From contig JYFJ02000699.1 in NCBI GenBank assembly GCA_000934665.2, positions 1 through 64,000 of the forward strand: a stretch of 64,000 nt of DNA. The letters are read 5' to 3'. Below, in pieces: positions 62,433-64,000 of this stretch. Origin of the DNA: Catajapyx aquilonaris (Eukaryota). Within the stretch, counting starts at the first letter, position 1; each line of letters begins with the position of its first letter. A program made the position numbers and the translations under genes. The notes under the pieces were generated by a model that made no database searches, was not told the origin of the DNA, and saw nothing but the letters and a program-made list of their open reading frames with translations.

Positions 62433-63769
62433 TTCATGTTTATTTTAATCAGTTACTATTAGTGGTTAAATTTGGCCTGCAAGAATGTGTTCGCGAGTAA
62501 AAAATAAATGCCACTGAAAACTAGTTTTTTTGAGAGGGACATCATGCTCCCCCCCTATGTCACGCCCTGTCACACCTTGACATCAACCCCCACCATTTTT
62601 CCCATGGGATACTTTTACATCCAACCGTCCATCACAAACCGGACCATATTTCAGCAAGGTCCCTCGGAGGGTCCATCCGCTCATTTCACACACACTTCCG
62701 CCTGCATTTGACTACATTGTCTGAGCATTCCGTACACGTCAACAACCGCCCCAGTCAGGGGGTTGGTGTATAAACCTCGATTGTTTGCGGCCAGATCAAT
62801 ACCACGGGGGTAGGACAACCCGTTCTCTCAACCACCACTGGATCCTGTCGTTTTGTCACACCGATTGTCTGCGTTCCACTTTCCCTGCTCTTTGTCGCTG
62901 TCACTTGCACAATACAAAGTGGAAAAAAAGCCAGCAAAATGGCACGTCCCCACAAGATGGCTGGAAGCAAAACTTTCTGAGCAAACATTAATTATTAATC
63001 TGGAAGGCTCGTCCTAACGTGACTTTTCAGTTTAATATCTTGCCAGCACGAAAAACAAGCATTCAGTTCCGGAGGCTTCGTTAGCCCAGGTCCATTTTAC
63101 AGTGTGCTAGGCCTAGGTTTGGAAGGGGGAAAAAAAATTGGGGTGGTTTTTCAAGGAGGTGGGTCCAAGGCCGGGATCGATCCGGAGGATTGCTCCTGTG
63201 CAGATCCTCTCGCTTGCAACTCCTCATTGCCCTTAGGCTCCCATAATCGCAAACTTTCATCTACTACCCATAAACTAAACTGGAAATAGGGGCCGAACCC
63301 TAGAAACTTGGGAGGGGGATTAAAATGGCGGAAATTTAGCGCGCGAAAAGCAACAGGACACGACCACACTTCGACATGGCTCCTCGAATCGATGAGAAAA
63401 TTTGCATAACGGGTTTGCTCCAATATGGAGGTACATGTGTTTTGCATAGAAAATGTCCAGAGCGCAAGTGTTAGCCCGCAGTTTTTTTTAGAAGGGGGTG
63501 GGGCTCTTTTTAATTGCGATGCTCCAGAGATTGGTGCACAAAATGATGGAACGAGCATTAAAAGCTTTGGTGCACAAAAGTGAACTTATTAAATCTGTGG
63601 TGCGGGCAGTAATTATGTGGCCATGGGTACAACCCGTGTTAGATGTCACGATAACAACTTCCAAATAAATAGAGCTTGTTTGCACCCGTCAAATTGCAGC
63701 AGTTTTTCAGATCAAAATCCAAATGAGACTATAGCTATAAAACACTAAACAAACATGATAGAATCACTC

Positions 63770-63892
63770 TCTTCATCAAATAGCTGGAATGGTTAGTCAT
63801 TATGTATATTTAAAGTTAAACTATTTAATCGTGTATACATCTCTCATCAAACAGTTGGAATGTTGGGTCATTTTGTATATTTAAATTTAAAT
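63770..63892. repeat. Short tandem duplication, about 71-bp period
   Basis: TCATCAAA.AG.TGGAATG...GTCATT.TGTATATTTAAA occurs twice. Confidence 0.65.
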
Positions 63893-64000
63893 GTTAAAAT
63901 ATGCTGTACGTTCCCAAGGTGTTAACAGGATGATTCTCATGCCCTACATATTGCAGCGTAATTTTCATTTAAGAAGTAATTTAAAAATTCATTTGAATGT

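Overview
Eukaryotic, intron-rich DNA from an invertebrate animal, probably an arthropod (inferred from gene and repeat content). One complete 7-exon neutral sphingomyelinase gene (SMPD2/nSMase1-like, 428 aa) lies on the minus strand at 29583-42785. The first coding exon of a second gene with a Gly/His-rich N-terminus is at 56951-57679 (+). Nested antisense in nSMase intron 6 is a two-exon gene for a 51-aa secreted Gly/Asp/Tyr-rich peptide (30806-31055), too short for the ORF track, plus a probably dead tandem paralogue. The nSMase introns also hold a deleted R1-like LINE interrupted by a Ginger-like long-TIR element, a Helitron helicase remnant, and a multi-layer nest of inverted-repeat elements, one carrying a higher-order satellite. 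The rest is non-coding DNA with MITEs, non-autonomous Helitrons, tandem repeats and microsatellites. I found no convincing host exons in about 1-28 kb or 44-56 kb.
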